From a virus (Duplodnaviria; Caudoviricetes), in IMG/VR virus record IMGVR_UViG_3300037631_006232, positions 83,117 through 147,116 of that record: a stretch of 64,000 nt of DNA; one strand, 5' to 3'. The position numbers and the translations under genes were made by a program. This document shows positions 20,926-29,683 of this stretch, piece after piece; the first letter of the stretch is position 1, and each line of letters begins with the position of its first letter. The notes under the pieces were generated by a model. The model did not search any database, was not told where the DNA came from, and saw only the letters and a list, made by a program, of their open reading frames with translations.

Positions 20926-20997
20926 TACATCTGGTAGGATTTGAACCTACGACCAATGGCTTAGAAGGCCACTGCTCTTCCACTGAGCTACAGATGC
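20926..20997 (-). tRNA. tRNA-Arg(TCT)
   Basis: GCATCTGTAGCTCAGTGGAAGAGCA-GTGGC CT TCT AA GCCAT-...GGTTCAAATCC...CAGATGTA. Confidence 0.9.
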
Positions 20998-21007
20998 GGG
21001 TTAAACC

Positions 21008-21085
21008 TTATTTACCTTTAGGGGTATTTCCACGACCACCACCTGAAGAGTTGCCGGTAGAAGAAGGATAGTTTGGATTACTCAT
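21008..21085 (-). CDS. 25-aa peptide MSNPNYPSSTGNSSGGGRGNTPKGK (not in ORF track)
   Basis: AGGAG RBS 7 nt upstream; clean ATG..TAA between two tRNAs. Confidence 0.55.
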   Translation of the reverse strand: MSNPNYPSSTGNSSGGGRGNTPKGK

Positions 21086-21233
21086 AGTAAATCTCCTGTT
21101 CTATTCTGTTTAGCTCTCAAGTGTAGTGAGGGTCTTAGGTCTGAGAGATTAACCCACCGCATTATTTTGTTACTTAGTATTCTACGCTTCGGGCTTTTAC
21201 GAGAACACTGTCTTCCTAGGAAGCGGTATTATT

Positions 21234-21306
21234 TACACTCAACAGGGCTCGAACCTGCGACACCCACTTTAGGAAAGTGGTGCTCTTCCGACTGAGCTAT
21301 AAGTGC
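21234..21306 (-). tRNA. tRNA-Arg(CCT)
   Basis: GCACTTATAGCTCAGTCGGAAGAGCA-CCACT TT CCT AA AGTGG-...GGTTCGAGCCC...TGAGTGTA. Confidence 0.88.
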
Positions 21307-21363
21307 TTGCTCATATCTAACATAGATACTATAATATAAGTATACCGTCAATACTTAATACAG

Positions 21364-21870
21364 GTGCTTTATATGAATTCTACTACAGATATCGAAGCTA
21401 TGGTAAAGCAGGCCAATATACTTAAAAGGTTAGCGGCTACTGCTACGGGAGGCTTAAAAGGAGCAGGTAAAGGTGCTCTATTAGGGGGAGCTCTTGCTAT
21501 ACCTATTGCTTTGGCTACCGGTATGGGTTTGCCCGCTGCTTTAGGCGCTGGAGGTGCTGGTATGTTTTCTGGAGCTAAAGCTACGGGGGGCTTTATGGGA
21601 ACTACTTCGGCGTTACGCAACTTATTTAGTAGAGCACCTAAAAATTTAGCTGCATCAACTACTAAGAATATTACTCAAAATCTAGCAAAGAAAGTCCCTG
21701 CCCACTTAGCGATACCTAGAGGTTTACCTCTTATTGCGGGTGCTGGTTTGGGGTATGCTTTAAGCGATGATGACAATAAATTTCTAGGTTCTAGCCTAGG
21801 AGCTATTGCTGGATTAGCCGCTAGGCCCGCTTTAGTTAAAGCGTTAGAGCGAAGAGCCGCAAGAGGTTAA
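21364..21870 (+). CDS. Gly-zipper protein with KQA leader (putative internal virion protein)
   Basis: MVKQA then GxxxG-rich hydrophobic helices. Confidence 0.55.
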   Translation: MLYMNSTTDIEAMVKQANILKRLAATATGGLKGAGKGALLGGALAIPIALATGMGLPAALGAGGAGMFSGAKATGGFMGTTSALRNLFSRAPKNLAASTTKNITQNLAKKVPAHLAIPRGLPLIAGAGLGYALSDDDNKFLGSSLGAIAGLAARPALVKALERRAARG

Positions 21871-21873
21871 ACT

Positions 21874-22563
21874 ATGAAGTCCATTTTAGATAGTTTAAGA
21901 AAAGGTTTTAGGTCTCAAAAAGCCAAGAGCTTAGCAGGTCTAAGTTTAGACTCGGGTCTTTCACTGGCCCAAGCTAAATATCTAGATGGGTTTTTTACCA
22001 ATTTAAGTAAACCTTCTGGTCCTAAGTCAGATCTAGTAAGTAAATTTACTTACGCTAAGAACGTTTTACCCAACACTTTAAAAGGTGGTAAGCAGGACGC
22101 AGCAACTATAGCGGCCGGTTTAGCTAGTTACGGCTTATTTAATTCTACTCCACTAAGGTACGGAGGTGCCGCAAGTAAGCCTTTTCTTACTTCTATTCTT
22201 AATATGGGTAAGGCCATAGATCCTGTGTTAGGAAGTACGTCGTTAGCTAATAATCCTAGATTATTACAAGGCGTTTCTGCCTTGCATAAGCCGGGAGCCG
22301 CACTACTAACCGCACCTATGTCTTGGACTGCTAAAGGGTTGGATTCGGCATTAGGTACTAAGCTAGTTGCTTTAATGCAAGCTAATCCAAAAACAGCCTT
22401 ACTCCTTGCAGGAGGTACGGGGGCGTTAGCAATACCTAGACTTCTTCGTGGTGCCTCCAAAGGGTTTTCTAATATGGCCACCTCTAGACGAATCAAACAA
22501 CTACAAAAAGGTATTGCCCCTAAAAAATATAAAGGCATTGCCCAACAATACGGTTTAAAATAA
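21874..22563 (+). CDS. basic Gly/Ala/Leu-rich protein (putative internal virion protein)
   Basis: composition; in operon. Confidence 0.5.
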   Translation: MKSILDSLRKGFRSQKAKSLAGLSLDSGLSLAQAKYLDGFFTNLSKPSGPKSDLVSKFTYAKNVLPNTLKGGKQDAATIAAGLASYGLFNSTPLRYGGAASKPFLTSILNMGKAIDPVLGSTSLANNPRLLQGVSALHKPGAALLTAPMSWTAKGLDSALGTKLVALMQANPKTALLLAGGTGALAIPRLLRGASKGFSNMATSRRIKQLQKGIAPKKYKGIAQQYGLK

Positions 22564-22575
22564 GGAGATCGTTAC

Positions 22576-23019
22576 ATGCAAAAAGTAGCTAATTTTATTA
22601 ATTTTTTTAGTGCCTTAGGAGCTCAAGCAGCTTTAGATGGTAATCAACCACATATTAAAACTGCTTTTCTTAAAAGACTTATACCCAAATCTAGAGGCGG
22701 TAGAGTAGCTTTGGGACTAGGTGCTTTAGGAGCAGGTGTCGCAGGTATGCGGGCTTCCAGAGAAGAGCCTTCTACTTTAGATAATATGCTAGATGGTGGT
22801 AAAGAGATGCTAAGTGACATGAGTCCTGAAGAAATTATGGGTTACATAAACCTAGCCAGATCTATGCAAGATCCTCAAGCTGCTATGATGGGTTACTCAG
22901 CACCTGGAGCTATGGACTATGCTATGCCTATGGATCCGCAAGAATCTATGGGGTACAGCGCTGATATGAGTCCTGAAGAATATAATCAGTACTTAGATTA
23001 CTATGGCTCTCAAGGCTAA
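22576..23019 (+). CDS. KVA/KTA-leader protein with Gly-zipper and Met-rich tail
   Basis: AGGAG RBS; DMSPEE occurs twice. Confidence 0.55.
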   Translation: MQKVANFINFFSALGAQAALDGNQPHIKTAFLKRLIPKSRGGRVALGLGALGAGVAGMRASREEPSTLDNMLDGGKEMLSDMSPEEIMGYINLARSMQDPQAAMMGYSAPGAMDYAMPMDPQESMGYSADMSPEEYNQYLDYYGSQG

Positions 23020-23072
23020 GCTAATTACAGCTAGCAACATTACACTTTGTAATTTTTTAATATCATCATCAG

Positions 23073-23387
23073 TCATCTTCTTGTAGTACCTGTAAGATGT
23101 AAGGATTCGTGTGTACGCATTGCGTTCCTAACCTCATTCAAGGTAGTGCTCATGTTTTCTAAGGTGACCTGAATCTTACCTAACATTGCAGCATTTTTAC
23201 TAACTAATCCTTTAACCTTAGATAATTCGTCTTCTTGCTTAGCGACTTTTTCTTGAAGTATTTTTATGCTCTGAGCTTGTATAGCACGTTCTACTTCTAG
23301 AGTGTTTAACCAAAATAAGGTGGGTATTATCATCATACTTAAAATCTTGGCTACCCATTCTAAGGCTATTGTAAGATTAGAGTTCAT
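23073..23387 (-). CDS. membrane-anchored coiled-coil protein (holin/hemolysin XhlA-like?)
   Basis: N-terminal TM helix followed by coiled coil. Confidence 0.4.
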   Translation of the reverse strand: MNSNLTIALEWVAKILSMMIIPTLFWLNTLEVERAIQAQSIKILQEKVAKQEDELSKVKGLVSKNAAMLGKIQVTLENMSTTLNEVRNAMRTHESLHLTGTTRR

Positions 23388-23427
23388 AAGGTATTGTCTC
23401 CGTACACGTTTTTATAGGCGGTAAGAT

Positions 23428-23874
23428 ATGTTTATAACAAAACAATTAATGGATTGCACTTGGTACCTAAAAAAAGAACTTGGGCTAAACCATAAATGGG
23501 CTTTCTCAAGTGCTTTTGAGCTTAGCGCTATGTCTAAGCCATTTACTTTAATTATACACACTCCAGAGTCACCTTTTAAACCTTGGAGTAAATATAATGT
23601 AAAAAATGTATGTGCTTACTTTATACACCTATCCAGAGATGCGGAGGGTGTTCTAGCGGAGTCGTTGGTTAACGCAGTTCTTAAACTCAGAAAACTAGAA
23701 CGTGAGTGTACGCGGATTGATCTAAGTAGCTTAGCTAACATTAGAGGCGGAGAATTAGTTTACTATGTACTAAGCTACTATGCTACTAGTCAAGATTGTG
23801 TTGACTATGCTTCTGACATGGATTCCTACAATACTTACTCACACTTACCTAGTTGGGGCTTGCCTCCTATATAA
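23428..23874 (+). CDS. hypothetical protein
   Basis: ORF only. Confidence 0.45.
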   Translation: MFITKQLMDCTWYLKKELGLNHKWAFSSAFELSAMSKPFTLIIHTPESPFKPWSKYNVKNVCAYFIHLSRDAEGVLAESLVNAVLKLRKLERECTRIDLSSLANIRGGELVYYVLSYYATSQDCVDYASDMDSYNTYSHLPSWGLPPI

Positions 23875-23934
23875 ACTCTGGTAGCTAAAGAAAAAGGTTA
23901 AGAAAGAAGGATAGAGAAATAGAGAAATAGAGTA

Positions 23935-24486
23935 TTATCCTAAGATGAATACTTCTTTCTCTGTATTGTTTCTTAAGGTGATCGCAACGCAACCACCTCT
24001 CTTTTTGGAGCCTTTGACTATTATGAAATCTTCGCCGGTTTTTCGAAACTCCTTTAAGGAATAGGCCATGCTAATATTAGTAATAGTATGTTCCTTAAAG
24101 GTGTCATCCTTCTTGATAAAAGAAGTGATATCTTCTACCGTCAAAGGACCCTTCTTCTTTTTGCCCTTCAATCGATCCTTGAATCGTTGAAGGTCTTCTT
24201 TTTCCTGGTCGGACAGGGTTGGAGCAGGTTTCAAAGGTGGGGGAGGAGGCTCCGATTTCTCAGGAGTCTCTACCTTTTCAACCTTCTTCTCCTTCACCTT
24301 CTTCTCCTTCTTCTCAGAAGGAGAAAAGGAAATAGAAACTGAAAGCATAAAGAATAGAAAAACTAAAATTATTAGAAATTTAGATTCCGGTTCTTTTACT
24401 GCAAGCGCGGCGCATAAAGGGTTAAAAGCAATGACGCCCATAGTTAGGGCGCCTACAATACCAATTAAGTGTCGTAGTGAGTTCAT
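23935..24486 (-). CDS. cassette gene: 2-TM protein with Lys/Pro-rich linker
   Basis: AGGAG RBS; bracketed by promoter motif (24547) and AGCT-A-run (23883). Confidence 0.65.
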   Translation of the reverse strand: MNSLRHLIGIVGALTMGVIAFNPLCAALAVKEPESKFLIILVFLFFMLSVSISFSPSEKKEKKVKEKKVEKVETPEKSEPPPPPLKPAPTLSDQEKEDLQRFKDRLKGKKKKGPLTVEDITSFIKKDDTFKEHTITNISMAYSLKEFRKTGEDFIIVKGSKKRGGCVAITLRNNTEKEVFILG

Positions 24487-24546
24487 AAATACTCCTTATG
24501 AAAAGTTTACTACTGAGACTTTCAGAACCATTCTGGTAGCCTCATA

Positions 24547-24580
24547 TACTTATGCCATAAAGGAGGTACCTATTTGCGTG
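24547..24580 (-). promoter_or_regulatory. conserved promoter motif CGCAAA-N18-CATAAGTA
   Basis: + strand TACTTATGCCA...TTTGCGTG; one of 14 copies. Confidence 0.7.
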
Positions 24581-24642
24581 CTTATCCCCTACCCTAGCCA
24601 TCTAAGGGATGTTTTACTATACTTGTAGTAAAGGAGATTACT

Positions 24643-25026
24643 ATGAACGATTTACAAAGATATTATGCCGAGCTAGGTGTTATACAAGCTTGTAAGGAAG
24701 CAGGGCTTACTAAAGAAGCTAACTTTTTAAAGAACCTATTGAAAAAAATTATGCCTAGCGGCCCTAGGCAGATAGCTTTAAGGTCCGCACCTAAAGCCCC
24801 TATTTCTGCTTTAGCTAAATTAAATAAGCCTCTAGTTTCTATAGCGGATGCTGGATTGATATCTAGTGGAACTGCTGCGGGGGCTTACAAAGGCGGTAAA
24901 ATCTTACCCAACCTTTTGCCCGAGCAATATGATAATGAGATAAGTCAGCAAATTATGAAGTATCTAGGAAATCTAAGCGGCGGAGCGTTAGGTTATAAAA
25001 AGGCTAGGAAACTTATAAAGAAGTGA
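24643..25026 (+). CDS. KEA-leader basic protein (putative internal virion protein)
   Basis: YYAELGVIQACKEAGLTKEA leader homologous to those of 53526 and 53972. Confidence 0.6.
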   Translation: MNDLQRYYAELGVIQACKEAGLTKEANFLKNLLKKIMPSGPRQIALRSAPKAPISALAKLNKPLVSIADAGLISSGTAAGAYKGGKILPNLLPEQYDNEISQQIMKYLGNLSGGALGYKKARKLIKK

Positions 25027-25033
25027 GGTCCTA

Positions 25034-25330
25034 ATGATTAGTTTAAATGTTTTAGCAAAAGCTGCTTCTAGCGTAGCCGAATATAAAGTATATGTAATTA
25101 GCGCCGCTGCTATTATAGCGCTGATTAGTTCTGTATGGGTTAGGTGCGATAACGAAAAAACAAATCGCTTACTAGGTACCTCTACTGGCGAGGTTATCCA
25201 AGCACAAGAAACTTTAGAGGCCATAGATTCTGCTGCAAAAAAAATTACAATACCTACTAAAAAAGAAGTAGTCGGCAAGAACAAACCAAAGAATGCTAAG
25301 GAGCAGGATAATGATTCGGCGACTTTTTAG
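25034..25330 (+). CDS. membrane protein, possible inner-spanin-like
   Basis: N-terminal TM helix; overlaps next gene. Confidence 0.35.
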   Translation: MISLNVLAKAASSVAEYKVYVISAAAIIALISSVWVRCDNEKTNRLLGTSTGEVIQAQETLEAIDSAAKKITIPTKKEVVGKNKPKNAKEQDNDSATF

Positions 25331-25820
25331 TATACTAGTAATTGCTAGTCTTATAGCTATGCCTAAGGTAGAGGCTAACGTTTGTTTACCTGGAGAAGGT
25401 ATGTGGATTTCTAGTGGCGGCACTCAAACTTGTAAGCCTTGCCCTAAGAAACATGACTACAAAGATGGGTTAGCATTAAAAATGCCTCTTAGTTGTATGG
25501 CTCCTATAACAGGAGCTTTACTAAGTGTTGGGGACTATAACTCTTTAAAAGATACTAGGGATTACGCAGCTAGCTTAGAGCATTTTAAAGATACCTTAGC
25601 CCCTAATTTAAAAAAACTTCAAGCAGGGTTGTCCTTAGCTAGGCTTGATTTGGAGAAGAGTATTATTAAACAGCAACTTCTTATTAACGAGCTAACCATA
25701 GTTAAGATTGAAAGAGAAGAGTATAGAACCTCTCATAGAGTCTACTTTTGGTTGTTGGTAGGTATGAGTGGTTTAGCAGTGGGTTTAGCGGGCGTACAAG
25801 CTTACCAAGTTTTAAGATAG
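25293..25820 (+). CDS. exported Cys-containing coiled-coil protein with C-terminal TM, possible spanin-like
   Basis: signal peptide, Cys pairs, coiled coil, C-terminal TM. Confidence 0.35.
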   Translation: MLRSRIMIRRLFSILVIASLIAMPKVEANVCLPGEGMWISSGGTQTCKPCPKKHDYKDGLALKMPLSCMAPITGALLSVGDYNSLKDTRDYAASLEHFKDTLAPNLKKLQAGLSLARLDLEKSIIKQQLLINELTIVKIEREEYRTSHRVYFWLLVGMSGLAVGLAGVQAYQVLR

Positions 25821-25881
25821 CAGAATGGGATGATTACCAACTTATAGACTTCATCTTACTTTACGGGATAGCTTTTTAACT

Positions 25882-26511
25882 ATGAAATCTAAAACTAAAA
25901 AAATATTAGCTGGAGCCGGAGCAGGTGCTTTAGCCGCGCCAGTAGCTAGTTTAGCTGCAGGACCTGCAGTAGTTAACTTAGCTGAATCCTTACCGGATTC
26001 TAGCCTTAAAGACTACTTTGGAGGATTAGCTGCAGAAATGTCTAGATCCGATCTAGAAGATTTTTTTACTAGGCCTTTTGGGCCCTTACCTGATAGGCTG
26101 AATAGAGTTTTAGAAGGCTACGCTGGAGATGCCTTGCAGAATAAGCACCTGTTTGGGGCTTTGAAAGCCTCGCAACCAGTAGATGCTCTGCTAGGTAATA
26201 CGTCTATCCCGGCCTCTATGCTGTCGGCTGTGGCTGATGAAATGGCTCCTGCTAGTTTAACTAGGGATGCTATAGCGGCTAGCGTTAAGGATAGGCTTCT
26301 TAAAGGTACCGGTGCTTTAGCAAGCGGAGGTGCTGCGACAGGCAGTTTAGTAGGTGCTCTTCTTGCTAGAGGCGGTAAGCAAAAAGTGCCTTCTAGTTCA
26401 GTAGCTAAAGCTATTACTAAATCCCCTGTAGCAGATAGTTTGTTGTCTAAATATTTAAATAAAGCAACAAATACAGATACTTACAGAGCTTTATTCTCTA
26501 AGTTTATGTAA
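25882..26511 (+). CDS. Gly/Ala-rich hypothetical protein
   Basis: Gly-zipper segments; stop codon abuts cassette terminator. Confidence 0.5.
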   Translation: MKSKTKKILAGAGAGALAAPVASLAAGPAVVNLAESLPDSSLKDYFGGLAAEMSRSDLEDFFTRPFGPLPDRLNRVLEGYAGDALQNKHLFGALKASQPVDALLGNTSIPASMLSAVADEMAPASLTRDAIAASVKDRLLKGTGALASGGAATGSLVGALLARGGKQKVPSSSVAKAITKSPVADSLLSKYLNKATNTDTYRALFSKFM

Positions 26512-26547
26512 GCTAAAAAAACCGTCTCTCACCCGGTTTTCTTTTTA
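26511..26547. terminator. repeated bidirectional terminator AGCT-A7-CCGTCTCTCACCCGG-T-run
   Basis: near-identical copies at 27965 and 32814. Confidence 0.75.
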
Positions 26548-26874
26548 AGGGGTATTGCAGCAGCACTCCTCGAGAGAAACATCCTCTCGGCAGTTATCCG
26601 CATAGCCCATTAGAGTAACTTCTTCAGGGGTTACCTGGAAGAAGGCTACTCTTATAATCCACCGGGCTTTCCCCGGAGGAGCAATTTCAACTCCACCCAC
26701 TTCATAGAAGGTGGCTTTTACTAGGCCACTGTAATTGTCCGGGATGTCTTGTATACAAGGATACCGGAACTCTTTTTTCTTCTTATGGAAGAACGAGAGC
26801 GATACCCCCGATGCTGGCACCTGTTTTAGCTCCAGAACCTGGTACACTAGCTCATTGTATATAAGTTTATTCAT
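26545..26874 (-). CDS. cassette gene, hypothetical
   Basis: GAGG RBS; between terminator and promoter motifs. Confidence 0.6.
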   Translation of the reverse strand: MNKLIYNELVYQVLELKQVPASGVSLSFFHKKKKEFRYPCIQDIPDNYSGLVKATFYEVGGVEIAPPGKARWIIRVAFFQVTPEEVTLMGYADNCREDVSLEECCCNTP

Positions 26875-26942
26875 AGCTATACCTCACAATGAAAAATTAA
26901 GAACATCATATAGATAGAATTACCTAGATGATTTGGTTCAAT

Positions 26943-26974
26943 TACTTATGCCAGAAAAGAGAGGTTATTTTGTG
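26943..26974 (-). promoter_or_regulatory. conserved promoter motif
   Basis: TACTTATGCCA-N-TTTGTG, directly abutting the next AGCT-A-run. Confidence 0.7.
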
Positions 26975-27093
26975 AGCTAAAAAAATGTAAATTTAATAGT
27001 ACAACGAATAAGATTTAGTACTACCAAACAAGGTAAACCTTTGTATATCTTATTCCTTAGCAAGGTTATTAACTAAGGGATCCTTGAAACTTT

Positions 27094-27882
27094 TTAGTCA
27101 AACAGCACGAATTTGCTGTTATGACTTTTTACCAAATTATAATATTTGGTATTATTATCTAATTTAACTACCTTACAGTTTCCTGTAAGGAATGGCACTG
27201 CAGTTTTACCTGCAGTAATAGTATTGTTTTCAAACAAGAAGAACTTGCCCGCAAGGGAGTTCTTCTTAATTTTGAGATCTTCTCCGGTCGAAAGACCGTT
27301 GAAGAGAACAGTGTCTCCTGAGAAACAGGTAACGTGGTAGACACCACCGTCAAGTGCTTCTCCACCTCCATCACCACTACTACATAAAGCAGCAATGAGG
27401 GCGATAAAGAGGGCGAGGGAGAAGAGGCCGATGATTCGGAAGAATGGAGCGGCCTTACGGCTGATTGCGTCAACTTCCACCACAGGGGCTTCTGCTTCTG
27501 CTCGTTCTTCTGCTTCCACCACAGGGGCTTCTTCTTCCACTACTGGGGCGGAAGCTTCAGCATGAAGTCGGCGAGCTTCATTAAGAAACTCTTGAAGACG
27601 CTCTTGTTCAACTGAGGCTTCAGCTTCCACTTCAGCTGGGGCTTCCACCTCTGGGGCTTCAACTTCCGCCACAGGGGCTTCAGTTTCAGCTTCCACCACT
27701 GGAGCTTCAGTTGGAGCTTCCACCACTAGGGCTTCAGTTTCAGCTGGGGCTTCAGTTTCAGCTTGTTCCATAGCCAGAGCTAAGTCCTTTTCTAGGTGAC
27801 GGATAGCCCCTTCATCCTGTGAAGCACGTGCCGCTTTTAAAGCGGTACTTAGAGCCGTAATTAGCAATTCATTATTTGCCAT
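27094..27882 (-). CDS. cassette gene: Glu/Ala/Pro-repeat protein with TM helix
   Basis: EAPVVEAE-type repeats, TM helix, C-terminal domain; AGGAG RBS. Confidence 0.7.
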   Translation of the reverse strand: MANNELLITALSTALKAARASQDEGAIRHLEKDLALAMEQAETEAPAETEALVVEAPTEAPVVEAETEAPVAEVEAPEVEAPAEVEAEASVEQERLQEFLNEARRLHAEASAPVVEEEAPVVEAEERAEAEAPVVEVDAISRKAAPFFRIIGLFSLALFIALIAALCSSGDGGGEALDGGVYHVTCFSGDTVLFNGLSTGEDLKIKKNSLAGKFFLFENNTITAGKTAVPFLTGNCKVVKLDNNTKYYNLVKSHNSKFVLFD

Positions 27883-27920
27883 GATGTATACTCCTTTCTG
27901 AGTATGTTTTTTGGTTCACA

Positions 27921-27954
27921 TACTTATGCCATAAAAGAGGTACTCTTTTGCGTG
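27921..27954 (-). promoter_or_regulatory. conserved promoter motif
   Basis: TACTTATG-N18-TTTGCGTG. Confidence 0.7.
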
Positions 27955-27964
27955 CTACTCTCGG

Positions 27965-28001
27965 AGCTAAAAAAACCGTCTCTCACCCGGTTTCTTTTTT
28001 T
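27965..28001. terminator. repeated terminator (CCGTCTCTCACCCGG type)
   Basis: copy of the 26511 element. Confidence 0.75.
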
Positions 28002-28291
28002 TATTTATTACGCTTGTATAGTACTTTTCTCAAAAGAGAAAAGAACCCTTTCAAGGTAAGGTCGAGTGCCCATTCGGCGGGCTGCGACACCTTACGAGTA
28101 GTGTCAATCACATACTCGAACTGCGTTACAGGCCCAGCCTTGCGAGAACGGGTTGGGGGGTTAGGCGGCACTGAGGCCACCGGTTTGTGGAACTGGGGCT
28201 CGAGACCATAGTCTCTTTCCCCAAGTTCGCTATAGCGGACTTCGACCCACTGCTGTAGGTCTTCATCGAAGTAAAATGCTTGTTCTAACAT
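28001..28291 (-). CDS. cassette gene, hypothetical
   Basis: AGGAG RBS before ATG 28291 (MLEQAFYF...). Confidence 0.6.
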   Translation of the reverse strand: MLEQAFYFDEDLQQWVEVRYSELGERDYGLEPQFHKPVASVPPNPPTRSRKAGPVTQFEYVIDTTRKVSQPAEWALDLTLKGFFSLLRKVLYKRNK

Positions 28292-28342
28292 AAGAACTCC
28301 TTGTGTGTAAGGGTGAGTGAGCACTATTGCTCTATTATCAAA

Positions 28343-28374
28343 TACTTATGCCACAAAATAGGTAGTGATTTGTG
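28343..28374 (-). promoter_or_regulatory. conserved promoter motif
   Basis: 35 bp identical to the 35673 copy. Confidence 0.7.
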
Positions 28375-28406
28375 AGCTAAAGAAAACCTGCTCTCACCAG
28401 GTTTCC
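28375..28406 (-). terminator. repeated terminator (CCTGCTCTCACCAGG type)
   Basis: same stem-loop at 30352. Confidence 0.7.
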
Positions 28407-28410
28407 TTGA

Positions 28411-28623
28411 TCAACGGTACTTAGTGTAAGGCACTAAGTCATTACCGTTGTAGTGGTATCCCACCACCTTCCATAGCCGGAGATTGGGGGTTAGGGGTGG
28501 ATAATCCTCAAGAATTAACTTAGCCCCTGTTGGAAGCAAGTTCTCTCCTTTTAGATTTAACGACGGTCCGCAAACAAGCTTAGTTGCTTGTTGCTTAGTG
28601 AGTTTTATATACATATGCTGCAT
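28411..28623 (-). CDS. cassette gene, hypothetical
   Basis: AGGAG RBS. Confidence 0.6.
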   Translation of the reverse strand: MQHMYIKLTKQQATKLVCGPSLNLKGENLLPTGAKLILEDYPPLTPNLRLWKVVGYHYNGNDLVPYTKYR

Positions 28624-28657
28624 ACCTCTCCTTTCTAAGTAGTGTTAGAGGTTCACT

Positions 28658-28690
28658 TACTTATGTCATATACGTACCTTTATTTGCGTG
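28658..28690 (-). promoter_or_regulatory. conserved promoter motif
   Basis: TACTTATG-N17-TTTGCGTG. Confidence 0.7.
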
Positions 28691-28726
28691 TTTGTGTTTT
28701 ACTTGTAGAAACCCTATTAAGCTTAA

Positions 28727-29683
28727 ATGAGTGTTAAACTAGAAAGGGATTATTCTATGTATGAAGTAAACACATTCGAAGTTTCTAGCAGTGCTATCAA
28801 CAAATTGTGTAAGCACAAAGAATTACCGCTTAGCAGCGTTAAGGAAATGCTGGAAGGTGAGAGCTTTGTTAATTTAACCAACGAAGCTAATTCACAAAGT
28901 GTGCTAGCTCATGTAGAGGCTAGTGAGAAATTGGTTCACGTTAATACTAAGGATATGCAGTTTCAAGGATGGAAACCCAGAGACAAGGCGCAGAGCTGTT
29001 TTTTTTGGAGTTTAAAGAATAAGGGATTAACTATATGTTTTGGTGCTGCGGGTACTGGAAAGACCAGCATAGCTCTAGCTGCAGGAGTACAAAGATTATT
29101 CAAAGAAGACAAGAAGCTTATACTTTGCAAACCCACCGTGTTTGTGGGTATGAAATCTAATGCTATAGCTGCAGTCCCTGGGGATGAAAAAGATAAACTC
29201 AGGCCTTACGTAGACTCTTATATGCCTGGTCTAACTAAGCTACTAGGGCGAGATGTGCAGCATTATATATATGAATGGGAAGAGAAAGGTCTTATAGAGT
29301 TTAGGGCTGTAGAACTTATGCGTGGACAACACTTTGAAGACTGTACACTTATACTTGATGAAGCTCAGAACCTTTCGCTACATGAGCTAGCAAGTGTTTT
29401 AAGTAGGGTGGGTGAGAACAGCCATGTGGTTGTGCTAGGCGATCCTGCTCAGATTGATACAAGGAGCCGTTGGCATGATACTGGTTTATATTTGTTTGCA
29501 GATTCTATGTCTATTCACGATTCAGATTTTGTTGGGATGGTTAAGTTGGAAAGCCAATACCGAGGACCAATGGCGGGATTATGCCAAGAAATACTGGCCG
29601 AATATTCTCAGTTAAACGACGAAGCTGACGACGGCTTTATTACTACTCTTCCTCGGTTTGTTGTAGGTAATCAAACTCGTTAG
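28727..29683 (+). CDS. phoH: PhoH-family ATPase
   Basis: GAAGTGKT Walker A, MRGQHF, ILDEAQN, SRVGENS..V.LGDPAQID motifs. Confidence 0.9.
   Translation: MSVKLERDYSMYEVNTFEVSSSAINKLCKHKELPLSSVKEMLEGESFVNLTNEANSQSVLAHVEASEKLVHVNTKDMQFQGWKPRDKAQSCFFWSLKNKGLTICFGAAGTGKTSIALAAGVQRLFKEDKKLILCKPTVFVGMKSNAIAAVPGDEKDKLRPYVDSYMPGLTKLLGRDVQHYIYEWEEKGLIEFRAVELMRGQHFEDCTLILDEAQNLSLHELASVLSRVGENSHVVVLGDPAQIDTRSRWHDTGLYLFADSMSIHDSDFVGMVKLESQYRGPMAGLCQEILAEYSQLNDEADDGFITTLPRFVVGNQTR

Noticed and set aside
21090-21230. A fourth tRNA or ncRNA between the Arg tRNAs
   Set aside because: Only short helices; no T-loop or cloverleaf could be built.
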